64,000 bases of DNA from Porticoccaceae bacterium (GTDB lineage Bacteria; Pseudomonadota; Gammaproteobacteria; Pseudomonadales; GM7GCV1). Positions 1 through 9,640 of the stretch are shown here, piece by piece. Each line of letters starts with the position of its first letter. Position 1 is the stretch's first letter. A program made the translations under genes and the position numbers. The notes beneath the pieces were generated by a model. It had not been told where the DNA came from. It did no database searches and saw nothing but the letters and a program-made list of their open reading frames with translations. The stretch lies in the NCBI GenBank assembly GCA_018662305.1, contig JABJGI010000069.1, positions 1,358 through 65,357 of the forward strand, given 5' to 3'.

Positions 1-921
1 GGAGAATTCTGCCGGGGAGTCACTTAGGCTAATTTCCATTCCCATGGCATTGATAGCATCGATAACTTCAGGGTCTGCCATCGCGTATTCAAAGGCTGAG
101 AAAATACGATCCAGGTCTTCATCTGAGGTGCCAGCAGGCGCAAAAACTCCGGCCCATGAGCCTAGAGTCATGGATTCAGACCCCAGCTCAACCAATGTAG
201 GAACATCCGGATAGAGCGGCATGCGGGCAGAGTTGATGACCGCCAGAGGCACTGCGGCACCCGTTGGAATGAGCTGTGTCACATAAGGACTTGTGCTGAT
301 CATCATATCCAGACTGCCATCGGCAATTCCCGCCATGGCGTCGTCGTTACCGTTTGCTCGAGAGGTATCTAGCGTTGCTTCAATGCCAAGCTCTTCGAAG
401 AGTGCGGCAAACTCCAGTCTATGAATGCTTGTAGGAGCGATGTGCCAGTAGGTTAGGGCGCCGGGGTTGTTGTTTGAGTATTCCACCAGTTCATCGATGT
501 TGTTGATTCCCAATCCGGATCGAACAATCAGCATATCGGGCGTTCGGGTGGTGCGGGTGATTGGGCGTAAATCGGTGTGAGGATCTACTACATAGTCCTC
601 CATAAATGAGGGTAGCAGAGCCATAAGCCCGATGGTGGACATCACTATGGTGTTGCCGTCTGTGGGACCGCCCAAACCAGCTTCACGTCCTTGGCTGAAG
701 TGCAGCTCAAGGGGTTGGCCGAGATGTTCTTCCAGCTTTGGTGCGATCACCTGTGCTGTTTTAGAAGAGGAACCCACCGCACTAAAGGCATTAAGTATGT
801 TGAAGACTTCCGGCTCAGTAGCAGCTTGGCTAGATTCACTAACGGGTTGGCTCGATTCGCAACCGGCAAGAACCAGAAGCAGACAGCCGATAAAACCACG
901 GATTAGATATTGCGCGTTCAT
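1..921 (-). CDS. Bug/TctC-family (tripartite tricarboxylate transporter) substrate-binding protein, lipoprotein form; 3' end runs off the window start
   Basis: Absent from the ORF track because there is no stop in the window. My reverse translation from the ATG (cat at 919-921) stays open to base 1 (307 codons). It begins MNAQYLIRGFIGCLLLVLAGCESS (lipobox LAGC). It also contains MPLYPDVPTLVELG..SWAGVFAPAGTSDEDL, which resembles the TctC/Bug signature. Confidence 0.75.
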   Translation of the reverse strand, partial: MNAQYLIRGFIGCLLLVLAGCESSQPVSESSQAATEPEVFNILNAFSAVGSSSKTAQVIAPKLEEHLGQPLELHFSQGREAGLGGPTDGNTIVMSTIGLMALLPSFMEDYVVDPHTDLRPITRTTRTPDMLIVRSGLGINNIDELVEYSNNNPGALTYWHIAPTSIHRLEFAALFEELGIEATLDTSRANGNDDAMAGIADGSLDMMISTSPYVTQLIPTGAAVPLAVINSARMPLYPDVPTLVELGSESMTLGSWAGVFAPAGTSDEDLDRIFSAFEYAMADPEVIDAINAMGMEISLSDSPAEFS

Positions 922-949
922 TTGTATTCCCCCAAACAATAAAATGAAT

Positions 950-1948
950 TTATTTAGGAGAGTTTAACAGGTTTTTTGCGTCGATTATCGATAATCGCGG
1001 ACCCATTTGACCTACAACAATTGCTGCGGCTTTACAGGCAAATGCCGCGCCCGATTCTGCGCTTTCGCCCTTGCTAATAGCTGCAAGATAGGCTCCGGCA
1101 AAGGCATCACCAGCACCATTGGTATCTACTGCTTTCACCGGTTCGCCAGAAACTTTCCACTGACTTTCAGCGTCTCCAACAACAGCGCCATCAGCGCCTA
1201 AGGTGATGGCGTATTCGGAGCAATGCTTGGTGATGGCGTCGGCGGCTGATTCGAAATCTTCGGTGCCCGTAAAAGTTTTGGCTTCGTCCTCGTTGGCGAA
1301 TATCAAATCAATGCCGGGTTCAGCGATGTGATGCAGAACTTCGCCAAAAAACTGCACGATGCCGGGATCTGACAGGCTAAGCGCAACTTTGGTGCCCTTG
1401 GCCTTGGCTATTTCAACTATTCGGCGGGCGGCTGCTTTACCTGTTTCAGATGTCGCCAGGTAGCCTTCCACGTAAACCCAGGTCGCGTCGGCGATAGCCT
1501 GCTCGTCTATGTTGTCGACGCTCAGAAATTCGCTGATGCCCAAGGCGGTGTTCATGGTACGTTCTGCATCGGGTGTCACCAGCACCAAGCAGGTTCCGGT
1601 GATACCTTCGCGGCTTTGGTTGTTTTGGTTGTAGTCCACTCCCGCGGAAGCCAGATCAGCAAGGAAAAAATCTCCATCGGTATCATTGGCAACCTGGCAG
1701 GTCAGATGGCTGGCTCCGCCTAAGAGGGAAAGCGCGATCATTGAGTTTGCTGCTGAGCCGCCGCTCGCTCGCTTGGCAGTGTCTATGTGCTCACGCAAGT
1801 GATTGAGATTTTTTTGCTGTTGGGTCGCGTCTGACAGAGTCATCAGCCCCTTTTCTAATTGCACATCTTTAAGATCCTGATCGGTGACCAATACTTCAGT
1901 ATCAACAAGGGCAGCGCCGATCGCGGCGACATCATATTTTTTTGTCAT
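950..1948 (-). CDS. PfkB/ribokinase-family kinase (adenosine-kinase-like)
   Basis: 332-aa ORF with the PfkB signature DTNGAGDAFAGAYL near the C-terminus and an N-terminal AAIGAALVDTE motif. Confidence 0.85.
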   Translation of the reverse strand: MTKKYDVAAIGAALVDTEVLVTDQDLKDVQLEKGLMTLSDATQQQKNLNHLREHIDTAKRASGGSAANSMIALSLLGGASHLTCQVANDTDGDFFLADLASAGVDYNQNNQSREGITGTCLVLVTPDAERTMNTALGISEFLSVDNIDEQAIADATWVYVEGYLATSETGKAAARRIVEIAKAKGTKVALSLSDPGIVQFFGEVLHHIAEPGIDLIFANEDEAKTFTGTEDFESAADAITKHCSEYAITLGADGAVVGDAESQWKVSGEPVKAVDTNGAGDAFAGAYLAAISKGESAESGAAFACKAAAIVVGQMGPRLSIIDAKNLLNSPK

Positions 1949-1970
1949 TCTTCTTAGTGTCCAGAATCTA

Positions 1971-1990
1971 AATTGTGATGAATTGTGATT
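1971..1990 (+). repeat. 2 x 10-bp tandem direct repeat AATTGTGAT(G/T)
   Basis: Copies at 1971-1980 and 1981-1990, in the divergent region between the PfkB kinase gene and mrcB. Confidence 0.85.
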
Positions 1991-2070
1991 AATCGAGGCG
2001 CGCGATTATTTCATCTTGGGCTCTGAGTTAGAATAGCTGTCGATCTATTATCCCAATATCCAAGGCACGC

Positions 2071-4338
2071 ATGTCTCGCGCTCTCAAGATATTCAAATTT
2101 CTGTATCAAATAGCACTGATCTGCTTGTTGGCGTTGGTCGGCTATATGATTTGGCTAGATTTTCGGGTAACCGCTGAATTTAGTGGCCGCAAGTGGGATT
2201 TACCTTCGCATATTTACGCCCGACCACTGGAACTCTTCGCCGGAGCCTCGGTGAGTCAGGACGAACTTCTCTGGGAGCTCGATCAGCTCGGATATCGACG
2301 CGTGGCATCTGCCAAAAGCCCGGGACAATTTTCGGTTGCCCAAGGGCGTGTGCAGGTATTTGCCCGCGGCTTCGAGTTTTGGGACGAAGTAGAAGAACCG
2401 CGGATTCTGATGATGGAATTTGCCGGCGAATATATTTCTAACCTGAGCGATGCAAATTACTCGCCGGTCGGAATCGCCCGGCTGGAGCCACTGCGAATCG
2501 GAGGAATTTTCCCAGAGACTGTTGAAGACAGATTGCCCATCGCGCTTGGAGATGTGCCTCCGTTATTGGTAGCAACGCTTATTCAGGTCGAGGATCGAGC
2601 CTTTTTCGATCACTACGGTTTTTCCATTCGTGGTATCGCCCGGGCGGCATTGGGAAATCTTGCAGCGGGACAGATTGTCGGTGGCGGAAGCACCATTACC
2701 CAGCAGTTGGTAAAGAATTTCTTTGTCGGCAATGAGCAAACACTGAAACGGAAGATCAACGAGCTGCTGATGTCCGTGCTTGTGGAGTTCCACTACAGCA
2801 AGGAAGAAATACTCGAAGCCTATATCAATGAAGTTTATATGGGGCAGTCTGGTGATCGCGCCATCCATGGGTTTGGTATGGCTAGTTGGCACTATTTTAG
2901 GCAGCCCCTTGAAGAGCTCCAGCCGGAACAAATCGCTTTTTTGGTGGGTATTCTCAAAGATTTTTATGACCCTTGGTCCGGCACCGAGCGCGCGGTTGCC
3001 AGACGTAATGTGGCCTTGCAGGTAATGGCAGAAACGGGATTGGTTGCACAGGACGATTTAGCCAATCTTCAAGCCAGCTCATTAAGCATTGTGAGTAGAC
3101 CCTTGCGTTCGCTAAACCCCTTCCCAGGCTATATGCGGCAAGTCCTGGATGAGCTTGATCAGGAATACGAAGATCTGGATCTGCGAAATGAAGGCTACGC
3201 GATATTCACTTCTCTCGATCCCTGGATTCAAAATCAGTTGGAGAACAGCATTCGCAACGGTGTGAATTCCCTCGAAGCGGGCTACCGGATTGAAGAGGAT
3301 AAGCTTCAAGCCGCAGGTATTTTGACCAAAATTGGCAGCGGCCAAATTACCGCTTTGGTGGGTGGTCGCGAACCAAAATTTGATGGCTTTAATCGAGCGC
3401 TTTTTGCCGATCGGGCCATTGGCTCCCTGATTAAGCCGGTGGTTTATCTTACTGCTGTGCAGCACCACTATCGCTATTCACTATCAACCCTTATCGAGGA
3501 CGCACCCTTTATTTTGGATGCGCCAAATGGCGAGACTTGGGTTCCCCAAAATTATGACGGGCAGGCGCGGGGACCCATTGCGCTATATGCCGCTATGGCG
3601 AACTCCCTCAATCTGGCAACCGCCAGGTTAGGGCTGGATCTCGAAGTTCAAACTGTGCTGGATACGCTCTATCTTCTCGGTATAGATGTGGACTGGCCAG
3701 ATTACCCAGCCTATTTGTTGGGTGCAGGTGGACTCACCCCAATTGAAGTCTCCACTATCTTCCATACCATTGCCGCAGATGGTTTTTATTCACCTCTCAC
3801 AACCATTCAGGGGATTTATGATTCTCAGGGTGAGCAGGTGGGGGTTCGCGTTCGAGAAATTGAGCAACGCATAGATCCGGCTTATGTTCACTTGATTCAA
3901 TACGCCATGCAGGTGGTGATGCTGGAAGGTACTGGCAAGTCGATGGTGAACCGATTCCCGGACGTTGCTCTGGCGGGTAAAACTGGAACCACAAATGACT
4001 ACCGAGACAGCTGGTTTGCCGGTTTCGATGGAAGCTATCTGGGAGTGTTTTGGGTAGGGCGGGACGATAATCAGCCGACTCCATTAACGGGAGCGACTGG
4101 AGCACTAGAACTTTGGTCATCGACTTTCAGGGCCATTGGCGCCGAATCGATAAATTATATTCGTCCTCCGGATGTGGAATATTTTTGGGTTGATCCCGAA
4201 AGGGATGCCAGAACGAGTGACAACTGCGCTGGCGCGGTTTATCTGCCTTATGCCTATGGGAGCGAGCCGGATACACGTGTCCGCTGCGATGGGGTTGGGG
4301 TGGTGGAGGACTGGTTAAACCGTTTTTTGGGTTTGTGA
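2071..4338 (+). CDS. mrcB: Bifunctional penicillin-binding protein 1B (glycosyltransferase/transpeptidase)
   Basis: 755 aa with an N-terminal TM helix. GT51 motifs EDRAFFDHYG and GGSTITQQLVKN are present. Transpeptidase motifs are SLIKP (SxxK), SLN and KTGTT. The N-terminal region is PBP1B-type (RKWDLPSHIYARPLEL). Confidence 0.93.
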   Translation: MSRALKIFKFLYQIALICLLALVGYMIWLDFRVTAEFSGRKWDLPSHIYARPLELFAGASVSQDELLWELDQLGYRRVASAKSPGQFSVAQGRVQVFARGFEFWDEVEEPRILMMEFAGEYISNLSDANYSPVGIARLEPLRIGGIFPETVEDRLPIALGDVPPLLVATLIQVEDRAFFDHYGFSIRGIARAALGNLAAGQIVGGGSTITQQLVKNFFVGNEQTLKRKINELLMSVLVEFHYSKEEILEAYINEVYMGQSGDRAIHGFGMASWHYFRQPLEELQPEQIAFLVGILKDFYDPWSGTERAVARRNVALQVMAETGLVAQDDLANLQASSLSIVSRPLRSLNPFPGYMRQVLDELDQEYEDLDLRNEGYAIFTSLDPWIQNQLENSIRNGVNSLEAGYRIEEDKLQAAGILTKIGSGQITALVGGREPKFDGFNRALFADRAIGSLIKPVVYLTAVQHHYRYSLSTLIEDAPFILDAPNGETWVPQNYDGQARGPIALYAAMANSLNLATARLGLDLEVQTVLDTLYLLGIDVDWPDYPAYLLGAGGLTPIEVSTIFHTIAADGFYSPLTTIQGIYDSQGEQVGVRVREIEQRIDPAYVHLIQYAMQVVMLEGTGKSMVNRFPDVALAGKTGTTNDYRDSWFAGFDGSYLGVFWVGRDDNQPTPLTGATGALELWSSTFRAIGAESINYIRPPDVEYFWVDPERDARTSDNCAGAVYLPYAYGSEPDTRVRCDGVGVVEDWLNRFLGL

Positions 4339-4474
4339 GAGCTTGATTTTCCCTATACTGCGTTAAAAATATACTCGGTTGGTCGCTTATTAGTTATAAG
4401 CTCCCGCCCTGTGCGTATTCTTGCCTTGTCTAGAAAAAATACGCAGCCCACAAAAGGTCCATGGTTCGCAAAAA

Positions 4475-4930
4475 ATGAATAAATACATTCTGGGAATTGG
4501 CTTCAGCTCTTTAGCGTTAGTTGGTTGTGTCAGCACTGCACCTGTTTCAACAGCACCTCAAGAGTCGGCGTCGGAGGCTGAAGAGCGGTCAACGGAAATC
4601 TACTATCCTGGTGAGCCAAACGTTGCGCCCGAGCCGCCTCGAGTTGTGGTTCAGGAACCAAGAGTTATAGAGAGCAATCAGAATCCAGCCTTGGATGCCC
4701 TGGTTGATCAGTCTTTGCGGTTTATCTCAGAGCGCCAATATGCCCGAGCGATTTCAACTGCTGAACGTGCCATGAGTATCGATCGCTACGATCCGCGGGT
4801 TTATTTGTTATTGGCTCAGGCGCACAAATTTTCTGGAAATCTGGCGCTATCGAGACAGTACGCAGAGCGAGGCTTAGCGGTCTCACAGCCGGATACCGAT
4901 ACCTCACGGGCTCTACAAAGTCTTAGATAG
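4475..4930 (+). CDS. TPR-like lipoprotein of unknown function
   Basis: ATG at 4475 gives MNKYILGIGFSSLALVGC (signal peptide plus lipobox). The C-terminal half has TPR-like helices. The track ORF starts at an upstream TTG (4421), which I consider less likely. Confidence 0.7.
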   Translation: MNKYILGIGFSSLALVGCVSTAPVSTAPQESASEAEERSTEIYYPGEPNVAPEPPRVVVQEPRVIESNQNPALDALVDQSLRFISERQYARAISTAERAMSIDRYDPRVYLLLAQAHKFSGNLALSRQYAERGLAVSQPDTDTSRALQSLR

Positions 4931-4963
4931 CCTCGCCTTAGAACCCTCGTTCCCAAACAGTAT

Positions 4964-6247
4964 TTAGGGAAGTTGCCCCATTATTTTGTCGGCCTGTTCG
5001 AGGGTGAAGTCGAGATCTTCTCTTGTGTGTGCCGAAGACATAAAGGCACATTCGTAAGAAGCGGGAGCGAGATAAACGCCCGCTGCAACCATCTGCGCGA
5101 AGAATGATTTAAAGCGCTCATCGTGGCAGGCCATGACCTGCGCGTAGTTCGTCACCGTCTCCTCTTCACTAAAGAAGAAACCAAACATGCTGCCTCGCGA
5201 GTTTGTAGCTAGCGGTATGTCGTGTTTAGCCGCGATATCTGCCAGGCCGGATAGCAAGTAATTTACCTTCTCGGATATCCCTTCGTAAAAACCGGGTTCC
5301 TGAATCAGTTTTAAGGTGGTGAGACCGGCGACCATTGCCACTGGATTCCCAGACAATGTGCCGGCTTGATAAACCGGGCCGAGCGGGGAGATCATTTCCA
5401 TAATCTCGCGTTTGCCCCCAAAGGCACCCACTGGCATCCCACCGCCGACAACTTTTCCTAGGCAGGTTAAATCCGGGTCAATATTGAAATATCCCTGGGC
5501 ACCGCCGAGGCTTACACGAAAACCCGTCATGACTTCGTCGAAGATTAAGACGGCTCCGTGTTGCGTGCAGAGTTCGCGCAAAGTTTCCAGAAAGCCAGGA
5601 ATGGGCGCCACCAAATTCATATTGCCCGCTACCGGTTCAACAATGACGCAGGCCACTTCGTCCCCGGAATCTTTGAAGTATTGGGTCACTGCCTCGATGT
5701 CGTTGTAGGGCAGGTTAATCGTATGTTCTACCGTTCCTTCCGGCACGCCGGGCGAGCTCGGCGTACCGAAGGTTAAAGCGCCCGATCCGGCCTTAACCAA
5801 CAGACTGTCGGAGTGGCCGTGGTAACAACCTTCAAACTTAATCAGCTTATTGCGACCGGTGTATCCCCGTGCCAATCGAATAGCACTCATGGTTGCTTCG
5901 GTACCGGAGCTGACCATGCGCACCATTTCTATACTGGGGACGAGCTTGCAGATTTCCTCTGCGACTTCAGACTCTATGGAAGTGGGGGCACCAAAACTCA
6001 AACCATCCTGGGCTTTTTCGCAAACTGCAGCGATTACCTCGGGGTGGGCGTGACCCAAAATCATGGGTCCCCAGGAGAGTACGTAGTCGACGTATTTTTT
6101 CCCTTCGACATCCCAGAGGTGAGCACCCTTGGCTTTTTCAAAAAACACAGGTGTGCCGCCCACCGCACGGAATGCACGAACGGGAGAGTTAACTCCGCCT
6201 GGAATAAATTGCTGGGCTTGCTGGAATAGCTGTTCTGAAAGGGACAT
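4964..6247 (-). CDS. hemL: Glutamate-1-semialdehyde 2,1-aminomutase
   Basis: 427 aa with the N-terminal hallmark [13 protein letters not shown] and class-III aminotransferase organisation throughout. Confidence 0.96.
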   Translation of the reverse strand: MSLSEQLFQQAQQFIPGGVNSPVRAFRAVGGTPVFFEKAKGAHLWDVEGKKYVDYVLSWGPMILGHAHPEVIAAVCEKAQDGLSFGAPTSIESEVAEEICKLVPSIEMVRMVSSGTEATMSAIRLARGYTGRNKLIKFEGCYHGHSDSLLVKAGSGALTFGTPSSPGVPEGTVEHTINLPYNDIEAVTQYFKDSGDEVACVIVEPVAGNMNLVAPIPGFLETLRELCTQHGAVLIFDEVMTGFRVSLGGAQGYFNIDPDLTCLGKVVGGGMPVGAFGGKREIMEMISPLGPVYQAGTLSGNPVAMVAGLTTLKLIQEPGFYEGISEKVNYLLSGLADIAAKHDIPLATNSRGSMFGFFFSEEETVTNYAQVMACHDERFKSFFAQMVAAGVYLAPASYECAFMSSAHTREDLDFTLEQADKIMGQLP

Positions 6248-6270
6248 CGGTTTCCTGTGTATTTAGGTAT

Positions 6271-6720
6271 CTAGAAAGGTTTTACTATGACCAAAATGGC
6301 GATTAGCACCAGCAGCAAGGCAGGTACTTCGTTGAACCAGCGAAAATAGACATGTGATTTGGTGTTTTCACCCTCTGCGATCTTCAGCATATGTGCTTTA
6401 CACATGATGTGATAAAGAACCAGTGCGACGACCAAGGCCATCTTGGCGTGAAACCAACCGCCTTGAGCTATAGCTGGTACGCCCAAAACCAAGAGTATTC
6501 CGAAGGTAAGGCTTGCCATCATGGCGGGGTTGGCAATACCTCTGTAGAGCTTGCGCTCCATGAGCTCGAAGCGTTCTTTGCTAATCTGATCTTCGGCCAT
6601 GACGTGGTAAACGAATAGGCGTGGAAGGTATAAGAGGGCAGCGAACCAGCAGACTACCGCAACCAGATGTAAGGCTTTTAACCAGAGATAAATCGAAGCG
6701 AGAAAGGGGATGCCGTCCAC
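6271..6720 (-). CDS. hemJ: Protoporphyrinogen IX oxidase HemJ (UPF0093 family membrane protein)
   Basis: Signature YLWLKALHLVAVVCWFAALLYLPRLFVYH plus further TM helices. I prefer the GTG at 6720 (AGAGG 9 nt upstream, 149 aa) over the track start at 6762. The start remains uncertain. Confidence 0.8.
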   Translation of the reverse strand: MDGIPFLASIYLWLKALHLVAVVCWFAALLYLPRLFVYHVMAEDQISKERFELMERKLYRGIANPAMMASLTFGILLVLGVPAIAQGGWFHAKMALVVALVLYHIMCKAHMLKIAEGENTKSHVYFRWFNEVPALLLVLIAILVIVKPF

Positions 6721-6762
6721 GGCAAATAACCTCTGAAAAATGATGGGGCGCCATTCTAGCAA

Positions 6763-6776
6763 TTTGTCCGGACAAA
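6763..6776. repeat. 14-bp perfect palindrome TTTGTCCGGACAAA in the hemJ/argC divergent region
   Basis: Read directly; perfect dyad centred between 6769 and 6770. Confidence 0.9.
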
Positions 6777-6841
6777 ATGTCCTCGCTATTGTCTGGATTA
6801 TTGTGTTTGCTGAATGGTCAGAGGCCCGGTGTTAAGGGATA

Positions 6842-7918
6842 ATGCCGGACTTTTCCGATGGGTTTAGAGAATTAGTTAAAGTGATTAGGACGGCAATAAT
6901 TGGTGGAACCGGCTATACAGGGGCAGAGCTCCTGAGATTGCTTGTGGCTCATCCGGATGTAGAGATAGTTGCGGTCAGTTCACGCTCAGAAGCGGGTAAG
7001 CCCCTAACGGGCGCCTTTCCGAACCTAAAAGGTTATCTGGATCTGGATTTTTCTGACCCCTCTGATTTGCTTAGTGCAAAACCGGATCTGGTCTTTTTTG
7101 CCACACCCCATGGCGTGGCTCAGGCGAGCATGAAAGAGATAGCCTCGACCGGTGCGAGGGTAATTGATCTGTCTGCGGATTTCCGAATCAAGGATCAGCA
7201 GCTCTGGGAGGAGGTTTATAGCCAGCCACACCAGTCGCCGGAGTTTATTGCCGACGCGGTGTATGGCCTGCCCGAAGTCAATAGATCCGCGATTGCTGGA
7301 TCGAATTTGGTGGCTTGTCCCGGCTGTTATCCTACAAGTGTGCAATTGGCCATGATCCCCCTGATTGAGAAGGGGCTGATTGATCCAGCGAGCATTGTTG
7401 CCTATTCGGGTTCAGGTGTTAGTGGCGCAGGCAGAAACGCCAAGGTTCCTTATCTGTTGACCGAGGCTTCGGAGAATTTTCAGGCTTATGGAACAGCAGG
7501 GCATCGTCACGAGCCAGAGATTGTTCAGGGGCTCAGGGCGGTACAGGCTGAAACCGACACGCCCGCAGAAGTTCTATTTTTACCCCACTTGGTTCCTATG
7601 ATTCGAGGTATCCATTCAACGGTGGTTGCTGATCTAAAGGATAAGTCCGCTGATATTCAATCGGTATTTGAAGCCCGATATGTAGACGAGCCTTTTGTCG
7701 AGGTGTTGCCCTTAGGTTCTCAGCCGCAAACAAGGTATGTGAGAGGTACAAACCTTTGCCAGCTGGCTGTGCACGTTCGAGGAGATCGGGTGGTGGTTCT
7801 CTCAGTTGAGGACAATCTTACCAAGGGTGCTTCAGGCCAGGCTGTGCAGTGCATGAATATTATGTACGGCCTGGATGAGAAAACTGGCCTTAATATGCCC
7901 GCCATGTTGCCGGGTTAA
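6842..7918 (+). CDS. argC: N-acetyl-gamma-glutamyl-phosphate reductase
   Basis: Rossmann motif IIGGTGYTGAELLRLL and active-site ACPGCYPTS. An alternative GTG start at 6881 is possible. Confidence 0.95.
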   Translation: MPDFSDGFRELVKVIRTAIIGGTGYTGAELLRLLVAHPDVEIVAVSSRSEAGKPLTGAFPNLKGYLDLDFSDPSDLLSAKPDLVFFATPHGVAQASMKEIASTGARVIDLSADFRIKDQQLWEEVYSQPHQSPEFIADAVYGLPEVNRSAIAGSNLVACPGCYPTSVQLAMIPLIEKGLIDPASIVAYSGSGVSGAGRNAKVPYLLTEASENFQAYGTAGHRHEPEIVQGLRAVQAETDTPAEVLFLPHLVPMIRGIHSTVVADLKDKSADIQSVFEARYVDEPFVEVLPLGSQPQTRYVRGTNLCQLAVHVRGDRVVVLSVEDNLTKGASGQAVQCMNIMYGLDEKTGLNMPAMLPG

Positions 7919-7926
7919 TATTCACA

Positions 7927-8667
7927 ATGTCTAGACGTCACCGCCATCGCATACACGCTGAAAAAGTCTATGTGGTGCGCGTGAATGTTTGGCATCGCTG
8001 GTACAGGCGCTTAGCTCTTCTTCTTTTTATTGTGGCTCTTCCCGTGGCTGCCTATTACGGAACCCAATGGTACCTAGGTGAAGATCAGCGAGAGCTAGAA
8101 AATCAAAATCAGGTACTACGAGATCGTCTGGCGGAAGTGCGGGCGGAAATTCTCGACCTTGAGCAGGAGAACGCCAATCTGTTAATGGCCTCGGCGATGG
8201 ACGAGGAGGCGGAGCTTCAGCTGCGTGAACAACTTGTAGATTGGCGAGAGCGCAATGAGACGCTTGAATCTGAGATTCAATTTTATCTTTCTTTGATGGA
8301 GCCTTCTTCAAGCGAGAGCGGAGTTTTTATTGCTAACGCTGAGCTGCAAGCGACGGAAGAGCCAAGTGTCTACCGCTATTCTGTGATTATTGGGCAGAAA
8401 TCACTGAATCACCCTCGGGTTGCTGGTTCGGTTGAATTGCAGGTAATTTCCGAAAATGAGAACCAGTATGCAGTTCTGGGGCTGGCGGACATCACAGACG
8501 GAGGTGCAGAATTGCCCCTCGGCTTTAGGTTTTTTCAGCAGCTGGATGGAACCATTTACCTCCCCGCTGAATTTGTACCGAATCAGTGGATGGTGGAAGT
8601 AAATTTGGCGAGCGCAAGCAGTAGCTCGATTAGACAAACATATGATTGGCCCTTTTTGGGCCGGTAG
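7927..8667 (+). CDS. Conserved hypothetical membrane-anchored coiled-coil protein
   Basis: 246 aa: a basic N-terminus (RRHRHRIH), one TM helix (LALLLFIVALPVAAYYG), a heptad-rich segment (QRELENQNQVLRDRLAEVRAEILDLEQENANL), then a beta-rich C-terminal domain. No catalytic motif recognised. Confidence 0.8.
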   Translation: MSRRHRHRIHAEKVYVVRVNVWHRWYRRLALLLFIVALPVAAYYGTQWYLGEDQRELENQNQVLRDRLAEVRAEILDLEQENANLLMASAMDEEAELQLREQLVDWRERNETLESEIQFYLSLMEPSSSESGVFIANAELQATEEPSVYRYSVIIGQKSLNHPRVAGSVELQVISENENQYAVLGLADITDGGAELPLGFRFFQQLDGTIYLPAEFVPNQWMVEVNLASASSSSIRQTYDWPFLGR

Positions 8668-8680
8668 GTAAAGGCAGAAA

Positions 8681-9133
8681 ATGTTCAACAATTCAGGAAA
8701 AAAAGGCAGTTCTGGCTCAGTTACGCTTATCGCCAGAAACACTTCAATCGATGGCAGAGTTAATTTTGCCGGCTTCCTCAATATTGAAGGCCGAGTAAAA
8801 GGAGATATTGTTGCCGAGGAAAATACCAAGTCTGAAGTTGTTGTGCTCGAGCACGGAGTTGTTGAAGGCCAGGTTAATGCTCCACGAGTGATAGTAAACG
8901 GACACGTTGTTGGCGATATCTATGCAGCTGATCAGCTTTATATAGCGGCAAAGGCTGTGGTTGAGGGCAGTGTGCACTACCGTCTGATTGAAATGGAAAA
9001 AGGCGCTCAGATCAGCGGCAATATGATCCACCGGGCTGCGGGTTCAAAACAACAAAAATCCGATTCAGGATCTTCGAACAATGGTATTTCTGAGGTGTTG
9101 GACGGCTCCAAGCCTGCTCTCGCAAATACTTGA
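8681..9133 (+). CDS. Bactofilin (polymer-forming cytoskeletal protein, DUF583)
   Basis: 150 aa with repeated beta-helix turns (IDGRVNFAGFLNIEGRVKGDIVAEE, VVEGQVNAPRVIVNGHVVGDIYA, AKAVVEGSVHY) and a disordered C-terminal tail. Starts 14 nt after the preceding gene. Confidence 0.88.
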   Translation: MFNNSGKKGSSGSVTLIARNTSIDGRVNFAGFLNIEGRVKGDIVAEENTKSEVVVLEHGVVEGQVNAPRVIVNGHVVGDIYAADQLYIAAKAVVEGSVHYRLIEMEKGAQISGNMIHRAAGSKQQKSDSGSSNNGISEVLDGSKPALANT

Positions 9134-9198
9134 CCAAAATACTCAGGTAATGAGAAAATCCCGCGCCTTGAAATGTCTAAAACAAAGCGCGAAATTAC

Positions 9199-9549
9199 AT
9201 GTCTGTTGAGGCTTTTACCCCTACACCTATTAATGTCAGCCCTTCTGCTGTTGCCAAAGTTAAAGCTTTGGTCGAGGAAGAGGACTGCCCAGATCTTAAG
9301 TTACGAGTCTTCGTAACGGGTGGAGGTTGTTCAGGTTTTCAATACGGTTTCTCTTTTGATGAAGTTCTCAACGAAGACGATACTCTGGTGGAAAAAGACG
9401 GTGTGTCTGTCGTTGTTGATGCCATGAGCTATCCCTACCTTGTGGGTTCTCAGCTCGAGTATCAGGAAGGTTTGGAAGGCGCGCGGTTTGTTGTGACCAA
9501 CCCCAATGCCAGTGCCACCTGTGGATGCGGAGCTTCTTTTTCTATCTAG
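9199..9549 (+). CDS. erpA: A-type iron-sulfur cluster insertion protein
   Basis: 116 aa HesB/IscA fold, with [14 protein letters not shown] and C-terminal CGCGASFSI. Confidence 0.95.
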   Translation: MSVEAFTPTPINVSPSAVAKVKALVEEEDCPDLKLRVFVTGGGCSGFQYGFSFDEVLNEDDTLVEKDGVSVVVDAMSYPYLVGSQLEYQEGLEGARFVVTNPNASATCGCGASFSI

Positions 9550-9640
9550 GTGTTTCAGCTAGAGTAGTTTCGCTCTGAATTCCTAATCTTTCTATTATTC
9601 CCTACTGTCTTGCGGCGTTCTCTGTTTTGTACGATCTAAG

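Noticed and set aside
8401-8829. 142-aa minus-strand ORF spanning the junction of the coiled-coil gene and the bactofilin gene
   Set aside because: It overlaps two well-supported plus-strand genes and has no recognisable domain or RBS.
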